From the NCBI GenBank assembly GCA_964458205.1, contig CAYWFJ010000001.1, forward strand, positions 1 to 45,963: a stretch of DNA of 45,963 nt, written 5' to 3'. The stretch is from Candidatus Micrarchaeota archaeon. Its GTDB lineage: Archaea; Micrarchaeota; Micrarchaeia; Anstonellales; Anstonellaceae. How positions within the stretch are numbered: position 1 is the first letter of the stretch; each line of letters opens with the position of its first letter. This document shows positions 25,220 through 32,766 of this stretch, in pieces. A program made the translations under genes and the position numbers. The notes under the pieces are model-generated. The model was not told where the DNA came from. It was given only the letters and a program-made list of their open reading frames with translations, and did not search any database.

Positions 25220-25996
25220 ATGTCTGAAATGCAATCTTTCATCCACTCCTGCTGCATCGGGGCTGCAAAGGCAATCGCGCGCTCGCGCGCATCAGGGCTC
25301 ACGATAAAGAGCAAGGCGCGCAACGACAAGGCGACAAGCGCGGACTTCGCATCCGAAAGCTTCATCGTGGGCAGGATAAGGCGCGAATACCCGGATTCGA
25401 TGGTCCTTTCGGAAGAGAACTATTCCCAAGCCGACACGCTTGCCGATTCCCTTTTCGTAATCGACCCGATAGACGGCACCCACAATTTCATACAGGATAT
25501 CCCGCTTTACGGAGTATCAATTGCGCATTTCTCAAAAGGCAAGCCCACAGCAGGCGGGGTGTATTTCCTCCCCCAAAGCCAATTCCTCTACGCGGAAAAA
25601 GGCAAGCATTCCGCCATGGATGGCCGGAAAATATCCGTTTCAAAGACAAAAAAGCTCGAGGATTTCTTCCTGCTGTGCGACAGCCGCCTCCACCTGATAA
25701 AGGAGCAGGGGCTTCTTCCAGGGGTCCTTCGGCTTGAGAAGATGAGCCAGCACACGCGCTTCATCGGCGCTGCTGTTTATGAGATGGGCTATGTCGCATG
25801 CGGCATGGCGGACGCGGAATTCGACTTCAGGCTCAAGCCGTTTGATTTTGCGGCTGCGGCGTTCATCGCAGAGCAGGCAGGCGCGACCGCCACAGATTTC
25901 GAAGGAAGGAAGTGGGACTTGTCCACAAAGCGCTTCCTGATTTCAAACGGAAGGCAGCACAAGAGGATACTTGGCATCCTCAATGGAAAAGGATAG
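25220..25996 (+). CDS. suhB: inositol monophosphatase / fructose-1,6-bisphosphatase family protein
   Basis: VLSEEN, VIDPIDGTHNF and FDFAAAAFIAEQAG motifs. ATG 25220; the longer track ORF from 24893 overlaps the upstream gene. Confidence 0.8.
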   Translation: MSEMQSFIHSCCIGAAKAIARSRASGLTIKSKARNDKATSADFASESFIVGRIRREYPDSMVLSEENYSQADTLADSLFVIDPIDGTHNFIQDIPLYGVSIAHFSKGKPTAGGVYFLPQSQFLYAEKGKHSAMDGRKISVSKTKKLEDFFLLCDSRLHLIKEQGLLPGVLRLEKMSQHTRFIGAAVYEMGYVACGMADAEFDFRLKPFDFAAAAFIAEQAGATATDFEGRKWDLSTKRFLISNGRQHKRILGILNGKG

Positions 25997-26080
25997 CCAT
26001 GCCTGTTTGAACAGGCAATCCGCGCTGCCTGTCTCTTCTTTCTGGATGCAAGAAGAACGTTCCGCTTTAGAGCCTTGCAA

Positions 26081-26764
26081 TCACTGCGTTTTCGGCTCCT
26101 CTTTTTTCTCGAACAGCTTCGGGTAATACGCAATCAGGATGGAAAGCGAAATCGCAACCACTGAAGAGAACAGGGCAACGCCGGCAAGTGTCCCTATCGC
26201 AATCCCAATGCCAATAATCCCAAATGCCCCGCTTAGCTCTGATTTCGCGGAAGCCAGCCTTTCCCTGGCGCTTCCGATATCCTCGTTTGCCTTGCGGATT
26301 GCAATCGTGGAGTTGCCCATCCCTTCCGCCGAGGAATTGAGCGCGAGGGAAGCGGCGGAGAAGGAGGCGCCCGCCCCGGCTATTTTTGCGGAGGCTGACG
26401 CGAATCCAGGGTCCAGCGAGAAGGGCGGGACTGAGGCGATTGCGCCAAGCGAATTTCCAAGCTCCGCGCTTGACTCCGAATAGGCGGCGAATGCCGCCGA
26501 GGCATGGCCCAATCCCTGGCCCGCATACGATGCCGTCTGCTCTGCGGACGAAAGCATCCCCTGCGCGTCCTCAATTGCGACTATTGCGGAATCAACCTGC
26601 GGCAAGAATGCCGCGCCCAATCCTTGCACGGAAAAATACATCGCAGCTCCGCAAAGCAGGGCCAAAAAAAGCCCGGCTGCGCCTATTGCCGCCGCAACCG
26701 CGGCAAGGAATGCCGAAGTGTTCTGCGCCAGGTCGGATGGTATCTGCATGCCAAGCATCCCCAT
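26081..26764 (-). CDS. hypothetical membrane protein (N- and C-terminal TM helices, Ala/Ser/Gly-rich extracytoplasmic region)
   Basis: 227-aa ORF starting 7 nt after the stop of the NHL protein gene. No recognisable family. Confidence 0.6.
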   Translation of the reverse strand: MGMLGMQIPSDLAQNTSAFLAAVAAAIGAAGLFLALLCGAAMYFSVQGLGAAFLPQVDSAIVAIEDAQGMLSSAEQTASYAGQGLGHASAAFAAYSESSAELGNSLGAIASVPPFSLDPGFASASAKIAGAGASFSAASLALNSSAEGMGNSTIAIRKANEDIGSARERLASAKSELSGAFGIIGIGIAIGTLAGVALFSSVVAISLSILIAYYPKLFEKKEEPKTQ

Positions 26765-26771
26765 TGGAGGC

Positions 26772-28700
26772 TCAAAGCCCCCCTTTTCTTTTCCTTCTCC
26801 TAAGGTGGAGGTAAAATACGGTTGAAATCACGAGTATGAGCCCGAACATTATCAGGAGCGCGGCAACCGCGACCGACAGGGTCTGGGCCTCAGCCACCTT
26901 TTTCGCAGCAGATTCGGACGCCTGATGCGCCATTATCAGGGCAAGGGAGGGGTTGGCGTATGCGGTTTCCTTGGCCTGAATAAGCTGCGCCCTCTCACTC
27001 CCTATGTCCGGGGGGATGAGGGTCGGCTTTGCCGCGGTCGCGTTGAAGGCGGTTTCGCAGGCTGAAATGTTGATGAGCGCGGCGCCGACCTCTTCCGAGT
27101 TGGCGCCTATCATGTGCTCGAATGCGCCTATCTCAAGGGCGGCAAGGGAAAGCGAGCGGTTCGCGGCGTCAAAATCCCCCTCCTGCGCATATTCCATGGA
27201 AGTGTTGATGAGGCTTTTCACATTTGCCGTGTCCATTGGCTGGCGGTAGGTCGCAGCCTTGGCTTCAAGCTGGGCGAGCCTCAAGCCAAGCGTGTTTGCC
27301 TGGATATAGAACAGGCTCACAGTCATGTTCTGCTCCCTCTCCGCCTCCTTTTCGCTTGAATTTTTTGCAGCCTCCGCAATTTCGCTTGCAAGGCCCGGCA
27401 TGGCGAGCGCAGTGTCCGCCGCGGCGGAATACATTTTTGCGGAGGTCTTGGCGTTCACGTCCACCGCCATGTTGTCCAGCTGCGAAATCTTCGACGCCAC
27501 CGCGCCTTTCGCGCCTGTGCGGTACTGCGCAACCGAATCCTGCGCATCCTTGGCAATCTTCCTTGCTTTCACCTCTATTTTCTGCGAAAGGCTTGCCTGC
27601 CTTGATGCCGCGCCGTCTATCGCCTTTTGCGCAAGGTTCGACGCGGTAGTGAACATGAACCGGTCATAATAGCTTTGCGCGGAGTCCACATCCTCGGCAA
27701 CCGTGCCTGGGTCATATGATATGTTGAGCCTGCCCGCGACTTCCTGGAGGGATAAGAGGCTGGATAGCGAACTTCTTGCCAGGGTTATCGCCCCGAGGAC
27801 CGTCCCGTTCCCGGCTGTCTGGTTTATCCCGAAGACCTTCACAAGCCTGTTGCCGGAATCCGCAACATACATTTTCCCGTCCGCAATTGCCACGTCCTCG
27901 GGGTAGGAGAAATTGCCCCCGGCAGTGCCTGCATCCAGGATTTCAACCGGGTAGCCGTCCATTGTGTAGGAGACAATCCTGTTTGAGCTGGCATCCGCAA
28001 CATATATCCTGTCCTGGTAGATTGCGAATCCCCTTGGCGAGGTCAATGCCACATCCCCGCTCCTCCCTATGGTGTATTGGAAGGTCAGGTTGCGGTCGTA
28101 TGCGAAGAGGAGCTTTTTTCCGGAATCCGATATGAATACCTGGCCGTTGTATATTTCAACGTCTGCTGGGGAGGACAGAAGCCCGTCCGAGCCCCCCTTG
28201 GCAAGCCCCGTGCTCGCATAGGCGCGGGTGGCGCGGGAATAGACAAAGAGGTTCCCCCTCTCCGCATCAGTTATGTATGCGTTTGCCTGGTCAAGCGCAA
28301 TGCCGCTCGGCCTTCCAAGGTTGGTGGTGCCAAGGGTCCAGTCATCTATCGGCGTCCCGTCGTCACGGTACATCTTTATCCTGCCGCTCACCCCGTCCGC
28401 GATATACACGATTCCGCCGTCATATGCCATCCTCAGGGGGTTTGCAAGCTCGCTTGATGTTCCGGTGCTTATCATTGCGCGCACCCGGGCAGTGCCGTTC
28501 ATCACATAAAGCGCGCTCTTGCCTGAATCGGCGACAAACAGCCTGCCGTTTGCGAACAGGACGCCGGTTGGCTGCGAAAACGCGAAGTAGTTGCCCCCGT
28601 CATCCGGGTTTGACCCGTTCATGGAATAAAGGTAGGTAAAACCTGCATTTGCGCTTGCAACCAGGACAAGCGAAAGAAGGACTGCAGCTATTGCTTTCAT
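26772..28700 (-). CDS. secreted six-bladed NHL-repeat propeller protein with helical stalk and C-terminal membrane anchor
   Basis: Signal peptide MKAIAAVLLSLVLVASANA. Six NHL-like blades (LFVADSGKSALYV, VYIADGVSGRIKMY, AYITDAERGNLFVY, VFISDSGKKLLFAY, IYVADASSNRIVSY, MYVADSGNRLVKVF). About 300 aa of Ala-rich helical region, then C-terminal LSVAVAALLIMFGLILVISTVFYLHLRRRKRK. Confidence 0.8.
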   Translation of the reverse strand: MKAIAAVLLSLVLVASANAGFTYLYSMNGSNPDDGGNYFAFSQPTGVLFANGRLFVADSGKSALYVMNGTARVRAMISTGTSSELANPLRMAYDGGIVYIADGVSGRIKMYRDDGTPIDDWTLGTTNLGRPSGIALDQANAYITDAERGNLFVYSRATRAYASTGLAKGGSDGLLSSPADVEIYNGQVFISDSGKKLLFAYDRNLTFQYTIGRSGDVALTSPRGFAIYQDRIYVADASSNRIVSYTMDGYPVEILDAGTAGGNFSYPEDVAIADGKMYVADSGNRLVKVFGINQTAGNGTVLGAITLARSSLSSLLSLQEVAGRLNISYDPGTVAEDVDSAQSYYDRFMFTTASNLAQKAIDGAASRQASLSQKIEVKARKIAKDAQDSVAQYRTGAKGAVASKISQLDNMAVDVNAKTSAKMYSAAADTALAMPGLASEIAEAAKNSSEKEAEREQNMTVSLFYIQANTLGLRLAQLEAKAATYRQPMDTANVKSLINTSMEYAQEGDFDAANRSLSLAALEIGAFEHMIGANSEEVGAALINISACETAFNATAAKPTLIPPDIGSERAQLIQAKETAYANPSLALIMAHQASESAAKKVAEAQTLSVAVAALLIMFGLILVISTVFYLHLRRRKRKGGL

Positions 28701-28944
28701 CGGCTCACCGGGAGTCTAACGCCTTTGCTAATTAAAAAGCGTTCCGATATGGCGCGGCTGGGCGCAGGCGGCAGCATTTTTTGGCAGCATTTTGGCGCTT
28801 TCTGCGTTTTTAGTGAATAATATACATGTATTTAACGATTTTAGTTAGATTAGCTAAAAAAAATAAACGATTTAGAAAGTAGACTGGCGAATTTGGCGAT
28901 TGGTTTATAAACCCTTGCGAACAGGAAAGAAGCAAGTGGTTTTC
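28701..28944. promoter_or_regulatory. 244-bp divergent promoter region with a strongly AT-rich core
   Basis: TATA-like CTTTTTAATTAG (complement, about 28727-28738) for the NHL gene and TTTATAAA (28904-28911) for the GNAT-like gene. Short direct repeats GGCAGCATTTT x2 and AACGATTT x2. Confidence 0.5.
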
Positions 28945-29913
28945 ATGGTGATAGAACAGGCAATCTCGCGCGGCAACGGGGGGGGCAGCGGCAGCGTAGG
29001 CGCAGTCGGCAGGCTCTCGTATGACGAGCGGAACAAGCGCGTGAAGGGCATGTTCAGCCAGCTCATAACCACAAAGGACGCGGTGGAGCGCCTTGTTTCA
29101 AGGGTTTCAGACCAGGAGTCACGGCACCCTTCAGCCACCCGGACGACATTCAGGGCATTTGTGCAAAAGGGCCTCTTGGAGGGAATCCAGAAGGATTCCC
29201 TTGCAGGGTATAATGTGGAGGCGGTTGTCCCTGCCGACCGCGCGGTTCCTGGATTTGACATAGTCTATTTCGGGCGGAACCACGAAAGCAGGATGCCTGA
29301 CGGGGCTACGCTTGCAGCGGAAGGGGCGAACCTGCGTTGGGTGCTTGAAAATGTTTCGGCCGTTGGGCGGGAGCACGCATTCGCCCGCGCGCAAAACGGG
29401 GGCTACAGCATTTCCCTCGGGGCAGGCGAAGGCGATGTGCGCACGCTTCTGAACCTGTACAGCCAGGCTTACCAGAAGTACACCTTCGAGATAGACGAAA
29501 ACGCCATCAGCTACATGCTTGGCAACGGGAACAAGACCTTCGTGGCAAGGAACTCCTCGGGCAGCATCGCATCGATACTGATTGCCGAGGAGTGCGTCGT
29601 CAACCTGGAAAACGGGTCGCAAGCCAGGCTTTTCGAGCTCTCAGACTTTGCAACGTTTGGCGAGGACAGGAAGAACGGGCTTATAACCGCCCTCCAGATA
29701 CGCGCAATCGATTTCCTCCGCAGCCTTGACCCGCGCGCAATAATCTACGCGGAGGACCGGGCCCCGTGGACTCCGGTGCTCAAGTCGTCCAGGGAGGCGG
29801 GCATGGCCTTTGCGGGCACCCTTCCGTTCCACTGCGGATTGGTGAGCGACCGCACGTTCGACTACCAGGTAAACCACGACTACGAGACATTGCAGGTATT
29901 TTACGCAAAGTAG
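28945..29913 (+). CDS. two-domain protein with C-terminal GNAT-like acyltransferase fold
   Basis: ATG 28945. C-terminal FGEDRKNGLITALQIRAIDFLR resembles GNAT motif A (R-x-x-G-x-[AG]), followed by SSREAGMAFAGTL. The N-terminal ~170 aa are not recognisable. Confidence 0.5.
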   Translation: MVIEQAISRGNGGGSGSVGAVGRLSYDERNKRVKGMFSQLITTKDAVERLVSRVSDQESRHPSATRTTFRAFVQKGLLEGIQKDSLAGYNVEAVVPADRAVPGFDIVYFGRNHESRMPDGATLAAEGANLRWVLENVSAVGREHAFARAQNGGYSISLGAGEGDVRTLLNLYSQAYQKYTFEIDENAISYMLGNGNKTFVARNSSGSIASILIAEECVVNLENGSQARLFELSDFATFGEDRKNGLITALQIRAIDFLRSLDPRAIIYAEDRAPWTPVLKSSREAGMAFAGTLPFHCGLVSDRTFDYQVNHDYETLQVFYAK

Positions 29914-29928
29914 CGGCCGCGTGATCAT

Positions 29929-31068
29929 ATGGAAAGCCTGGAGCTTCTCAAGAAAACCGTTTCCATAAATTCAATTTTCGGGAACGAAAGCCGGCTTGGC
30001 GAATTTTTGGAGCAGCAGCTTAAGGAGGCAGGCTTTGAAACGCGGCGCATACCCATCTCCGACGGCCGCTTCAATGTTGTCGGCGAGCGGGGCACGCGCG
30101 GAAAGCCGGTTCTCTTCTATGGCCACATGGATACCGTTCCTGTTTACGGGAATTGGAAAAGCGACCCGTTTGCCATCCGCGAGGAAGGGGGCAATCTCTT
30201 CGGCTTGGGGGTATTTGACATGAAAGCAGGGGTCGCTGCAGCGCTCAAGGCATGCGAAACCAAGACCGACAGGCGAATAAAGGTCGCATTCGGGGTTGAC
30301 GAGGAGAACATCTCGGAGGGCTCGCACGCGCTTCTCAAAAGCGGCTTTTTCAGCGATGTGGAGGCTGCGGTGACCGGCGAAATATCCACTGCGCGCGGGG
30401 AATGCCTCGGGCCGCGGCAGATAACCCTCGGCAGGCGCGGCAGGTGCGTCATCGAAATATCGGTTCCGGGCCGCTCGGCTCACGGCGCGCAGGCGGAAAA
30501 GGGGGTAAATGCGATAAGCGAGGCTGCGAGGCTGGTTGCGCTGATTCAGCAGATGGACGGCAAGATAGGCTCGCACGCGCTGCTTCCCGCGCCGACACAA
30601 TTCATACGGAAAATCAACGCGGAAAGCACCTCGCTCTCCGTCCCAGACACGGCAACAATCGAGGTCGACAGGCACCTTGTGGTCCCGCAGACTCCGCAAA
30701 GCGCGCTTTCCGATGTCAGCCGCTTCATCGAAAGCCTTTATGCCCAAGGGGTTTTCTCTGAAATGGACGGCAAGAGGATAACCGCGCGGCTCAAAAACCG
30801 GGCCACGCCCTATCTTGCGCCCTATGTCACTCCGCAGGAAAATCCATTCGTGCAGTCCATCTCAAGGATAGTGGCGGCGCGCGCGGGCAAGGTTTCATAC
30901 GCATACGGCACATCGGTGGCGGACGAGAACGTCATAGCCTCGCTCGGCATTCCGGTAATCTGCGTCGGGCCGATGGGAGGGAACGAGCACTCCGCAAACG
31001 AGTGGATAACAAAAGAAAGCTACCTGCAGCTGGTCGCCATATTCGAGGATTTTGTAAGGGCCTGCTAG
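29929..31068 (+). CDS. M20-family metallohydrolase (ArgE/DapE/LysK-like deacylase)
   Basis: FYGHMDTVP, GVFDMKAG, DEENISEG and a C-terminal NEHSANEW-type metal-ligand context. Confidence 0.8.
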   Translation: MESLELLKKTVSINSIFGNESRLGEFLEQQLKEAGFETRRIPISDGRFNVVGERGTRGKPVLFYGHMDTVPVYGNWKSDPFAIREEGGNLFGLGVFDMKAGVAAALKACETKTDRRIKVAFGVDEENISEGSHALLKSGFFSDVEAAVTGEISTARGECLGPRQITLGRRGRCVIEISVPGRSAHGAQAEKGVNAISEAARLVALIQQMDGKIGSHALLPAPTQFIRKINAESTSLSVPDTATIEVDRHLVVPQTPQSALSDVSRFIESLYAQGVFSEMDGKRITARLKNRATPYLAPYVTPQENPFVQSISRIVAARAGKVSYAYGTSVADENVIASLGIPVICVGPMGGNEHSANEWITKESYLQLVAIFEDFVRAC

Positions 31069-31107
31069 ATTCGCGCATTCGCGGCACACCCTGCAAGCCT
31101 TTGTGGC

Positions 31108-31533
31108 TTACTGCCACTTCTTCATCACAATGTTGGTCTGCGTCTTTTTTATGCCGCCTATGGCTCGCATCTCATCCACCCTTCTGTTGAAGGATTCCAT
31201 GTCCGGCGCTGAGAGCATGAGGGCAATGTCCATCTCGCCTGAAATTTCCCATACCAGGCTTACGCCCTCTTCCTTGCAGAGGGATTTGATGAGCTTTCCC
31301 GCCTCGACATCAGGCGAGGTGGCAAGGAACACGACCGCGGAGACGCCCCCGCTTTCCGCGATGTCCACGGTGAAGCGCCGTATTATCCCGCGCGAGGCAA
31401 GGTTGTTCACGCGCCGCCTGGTGGCAGGCTCGGACAGCCCGACTTTCTTCCCGATTTTCCCATTCGGGGTGCGCGCATCCTCGCGGAGTATTTCGAGTAT
31501 CTTACGGTCGATTTCGTCAATTTTCCACACCAT
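31108..31533 (-). CDS. Lrp/AsnC-family transcriptional regulator
   Basis: IDEIDRKILEILREDARTPNGKIGKKVGLSEPATRRRVNNLASRGII (HTH), then a RAM-like C-terminal domain. Start at ATG 31533. Confidence 0.8.
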   Translation of the reverse strand: MVWKIDEIDRKILEILREDARTPNGKIGKKVGLSEPATRRRVNNLASRGIIRRFTVDIAESGGVSAVVFLATSPDVEAGKLIKSLCKEEGVSLVWEISGEMDIALMLSAPDMESFNRRVDEMRAIGGIKKTQTNIVMKKWQ

Positions 31534-31633
31534 ATTGGCGATTCCGCGCGCAAGCAATATATGGGTTGCCATCCGCTGCCAAAAAAGGTTTTCAAAATGC
31601 CGCATCCGCAAGACGGGCGGCCCTGCTTTGCCA

Positions 31634-32332
31634 TCAGCCGCAATTCACAACAAGCTTGGCGGTCCCGTTCTGGATTTTGCCGACTGTGTAAGGCGAGTTG
31701 TACTTGAAGGCAATCCTGGCCTGGTACGACCTGCTTCCGCCGCACCAGTTGGGCACTCCCGCTTTCCCAAGCGAAACCGCCCTCTCTTCGCCAGGCGCGA
31801 AGCTTACGTTCCCTATCGTGCTCGCATTCCCGTCAACGCAGAAATTCCATGCCTGGGAATCCACATACACTTCGTCCAATTCCAGCCGCCATCTTTCGTT
31901 GTTTTTCATCACCATGCTCATGTTCATGCTGGTCGCGCCCCCGCACACCGCCCCTGCGCTTGCGGCGGCTTTTGACCCTGAGATAGCGAACGGCTTTGCC
32001 TGCCCTTGCCAATAAAGCTGCGACTCCTGCTGCATGATGTCTCCCGCTACTGATGGCGTGTAGCTGAGAAGCGACACCCCGACAAGCGCCACCACCAGGA
32101 CAGCGCCAAGAAGCATCAGGTATTCGGTGGCACCTTGCCCTCGCAAGGTGCCTGCAGTTGTGCCGCAGCGCAACTCAATCGCGCCCTGCGCACGCAGGGG
32201 GCGAGCAACCGACAAAGTCGATTCAATGGCGCCTTGCCCTCGCAATGCGTCAGGGGCTGCGCGGCAGCGCAGCTCATCTTCTGCCTGCCTTTTTGCCGCA
32301 AAACAGGATTGTTCCATGCACATATGGGCCAA
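31634..32332 (-). CDS. prepilin-like protein with an extended, internally repeated leader
   Basis: Genuine class III signal LRGQG/ATEYLMLLGAVLVVALVGVSLL, preceded in frame by two further R-[GA]-Q-G-A-I-E motifs. Possible starts: TTG 32332, ATG 32323, ATG 32317 or internal TTG 32173. Confidence 0.6.
   Translation of the reverse strand: MAHMCMEQSCFAAKRQAEDELRCRAAPDALRGQGAIESTLSVARPLRAQGAIELRCGTTAGTLRGQGATEYLMLLGAVLVVALVGVSLLSYTPSVAGDIMQQESQLYWQGQAKPFAISGSKAAASAGAVCGGATSMNMSMVMKNNERWRLELDEVYVDSQAWNFCVDGNASTIGNVSFAPGEERAVSLGKAGVPNWCGGSRSYQARIAFKYNSPYTVGKIQNGTAKLVVNCG
32120..32275 (-). repeat. tandem duplication (period 99 bp) of the segment encoding the prepilin leader/cleavage motif
   Basis: The 57-nt copies 32219-32275 and 32120-32176 align (GAGyTGCGCTGCsGC...TTGCGAGGGCAAGGyGCCAyyGAA). 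A third partial copy (CGTGCGCAGGGCGCGATTGAG) lies between them. Confidence 0.7.
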
Positions 32333-32339
32333 ACTCAGG

Positions 32340-32348
32340 TATATAAAA
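32340..32348. promoter_or_regulatory. shared TATA element TATATAAAA
   Basis: It lies 27 nt upstream of the tRNA-Gly(UCC) 5' end (plus strand) and about 17-23 nt upstream of the first ATG codons of the pilin gene (minus strand). Confidence 0.5.
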
Positions 32349-32374
32349 CAAATCCTTCAGAGAATTAGCCAATT

Positions 32375-32564
32375 GCGGATGTAGTATAACCTGGCTAGTA
32401 TTTTGGCCTTCCATAAAATCAAGCGGTCCTCCGCTTTATTTTGCAGGCAAGTCAAAGGTCCGGGTTCAAACCCTAGGGGGCATGCAGTCTTCAGATGATC
32501 CCCCTGATGGTTCACCCCCAATCAGCATTCATGGGTGAGCTTGGTGAAAATCCCGGCATCCGCA
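32375..32564 (+). tRNA. tRNA-Gly(UCC) with two introns (36 nt at 37/38, 32414-32449; 80 nt in the T-loop, about 32471-32550)
   Basis: Hand-folded: GCGGATG TA GTAT AACCTGGCTA GTAT T TTGGC CTTCCA[36 nt]A GTCAA AGGT CCGGG TTCAAA[80 nt]T CCCGG CATCCGC A. All stems pair, giving a 74-nt mature length. Confidence 0.8.
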
Positions 32565-32766
32565 TTTCATTCTCATTCATGCGTCTGCCGTTTCGGGCTT
32601 CGCTTGAAATCTGTCGCAAGCTGCGCTTGCCCCATCCCGGCTCCGCACGTTTCTTTTTCCCTCAAAATAACCTATATTCTTAAATGGTGTTGCCGCCATA
32701 CCCACCATGCGGAGGCCGGCTCGGCATATTCAGCATGCTAGCCGCAGGGCTCCGGCGGGTGGATTC

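Noticed and set aside
28701-28944. AT-rich intergenic region considered as a replication origin
   Set aside because: There are no ORB-like inverted repeats flanking the AT-rich core and no cdc6/orc1 gene in the window. Divergent promoters are a sufficient explanation.
31103-31975. 290-aa plus-strand ORF
   Set aside because: It is antisense to the well-supported Lrp-family regulator and the pilin gene. Its translation is low-complexity Ser/Arg/Ala-rich, typical of a GC-rich antisense frame.
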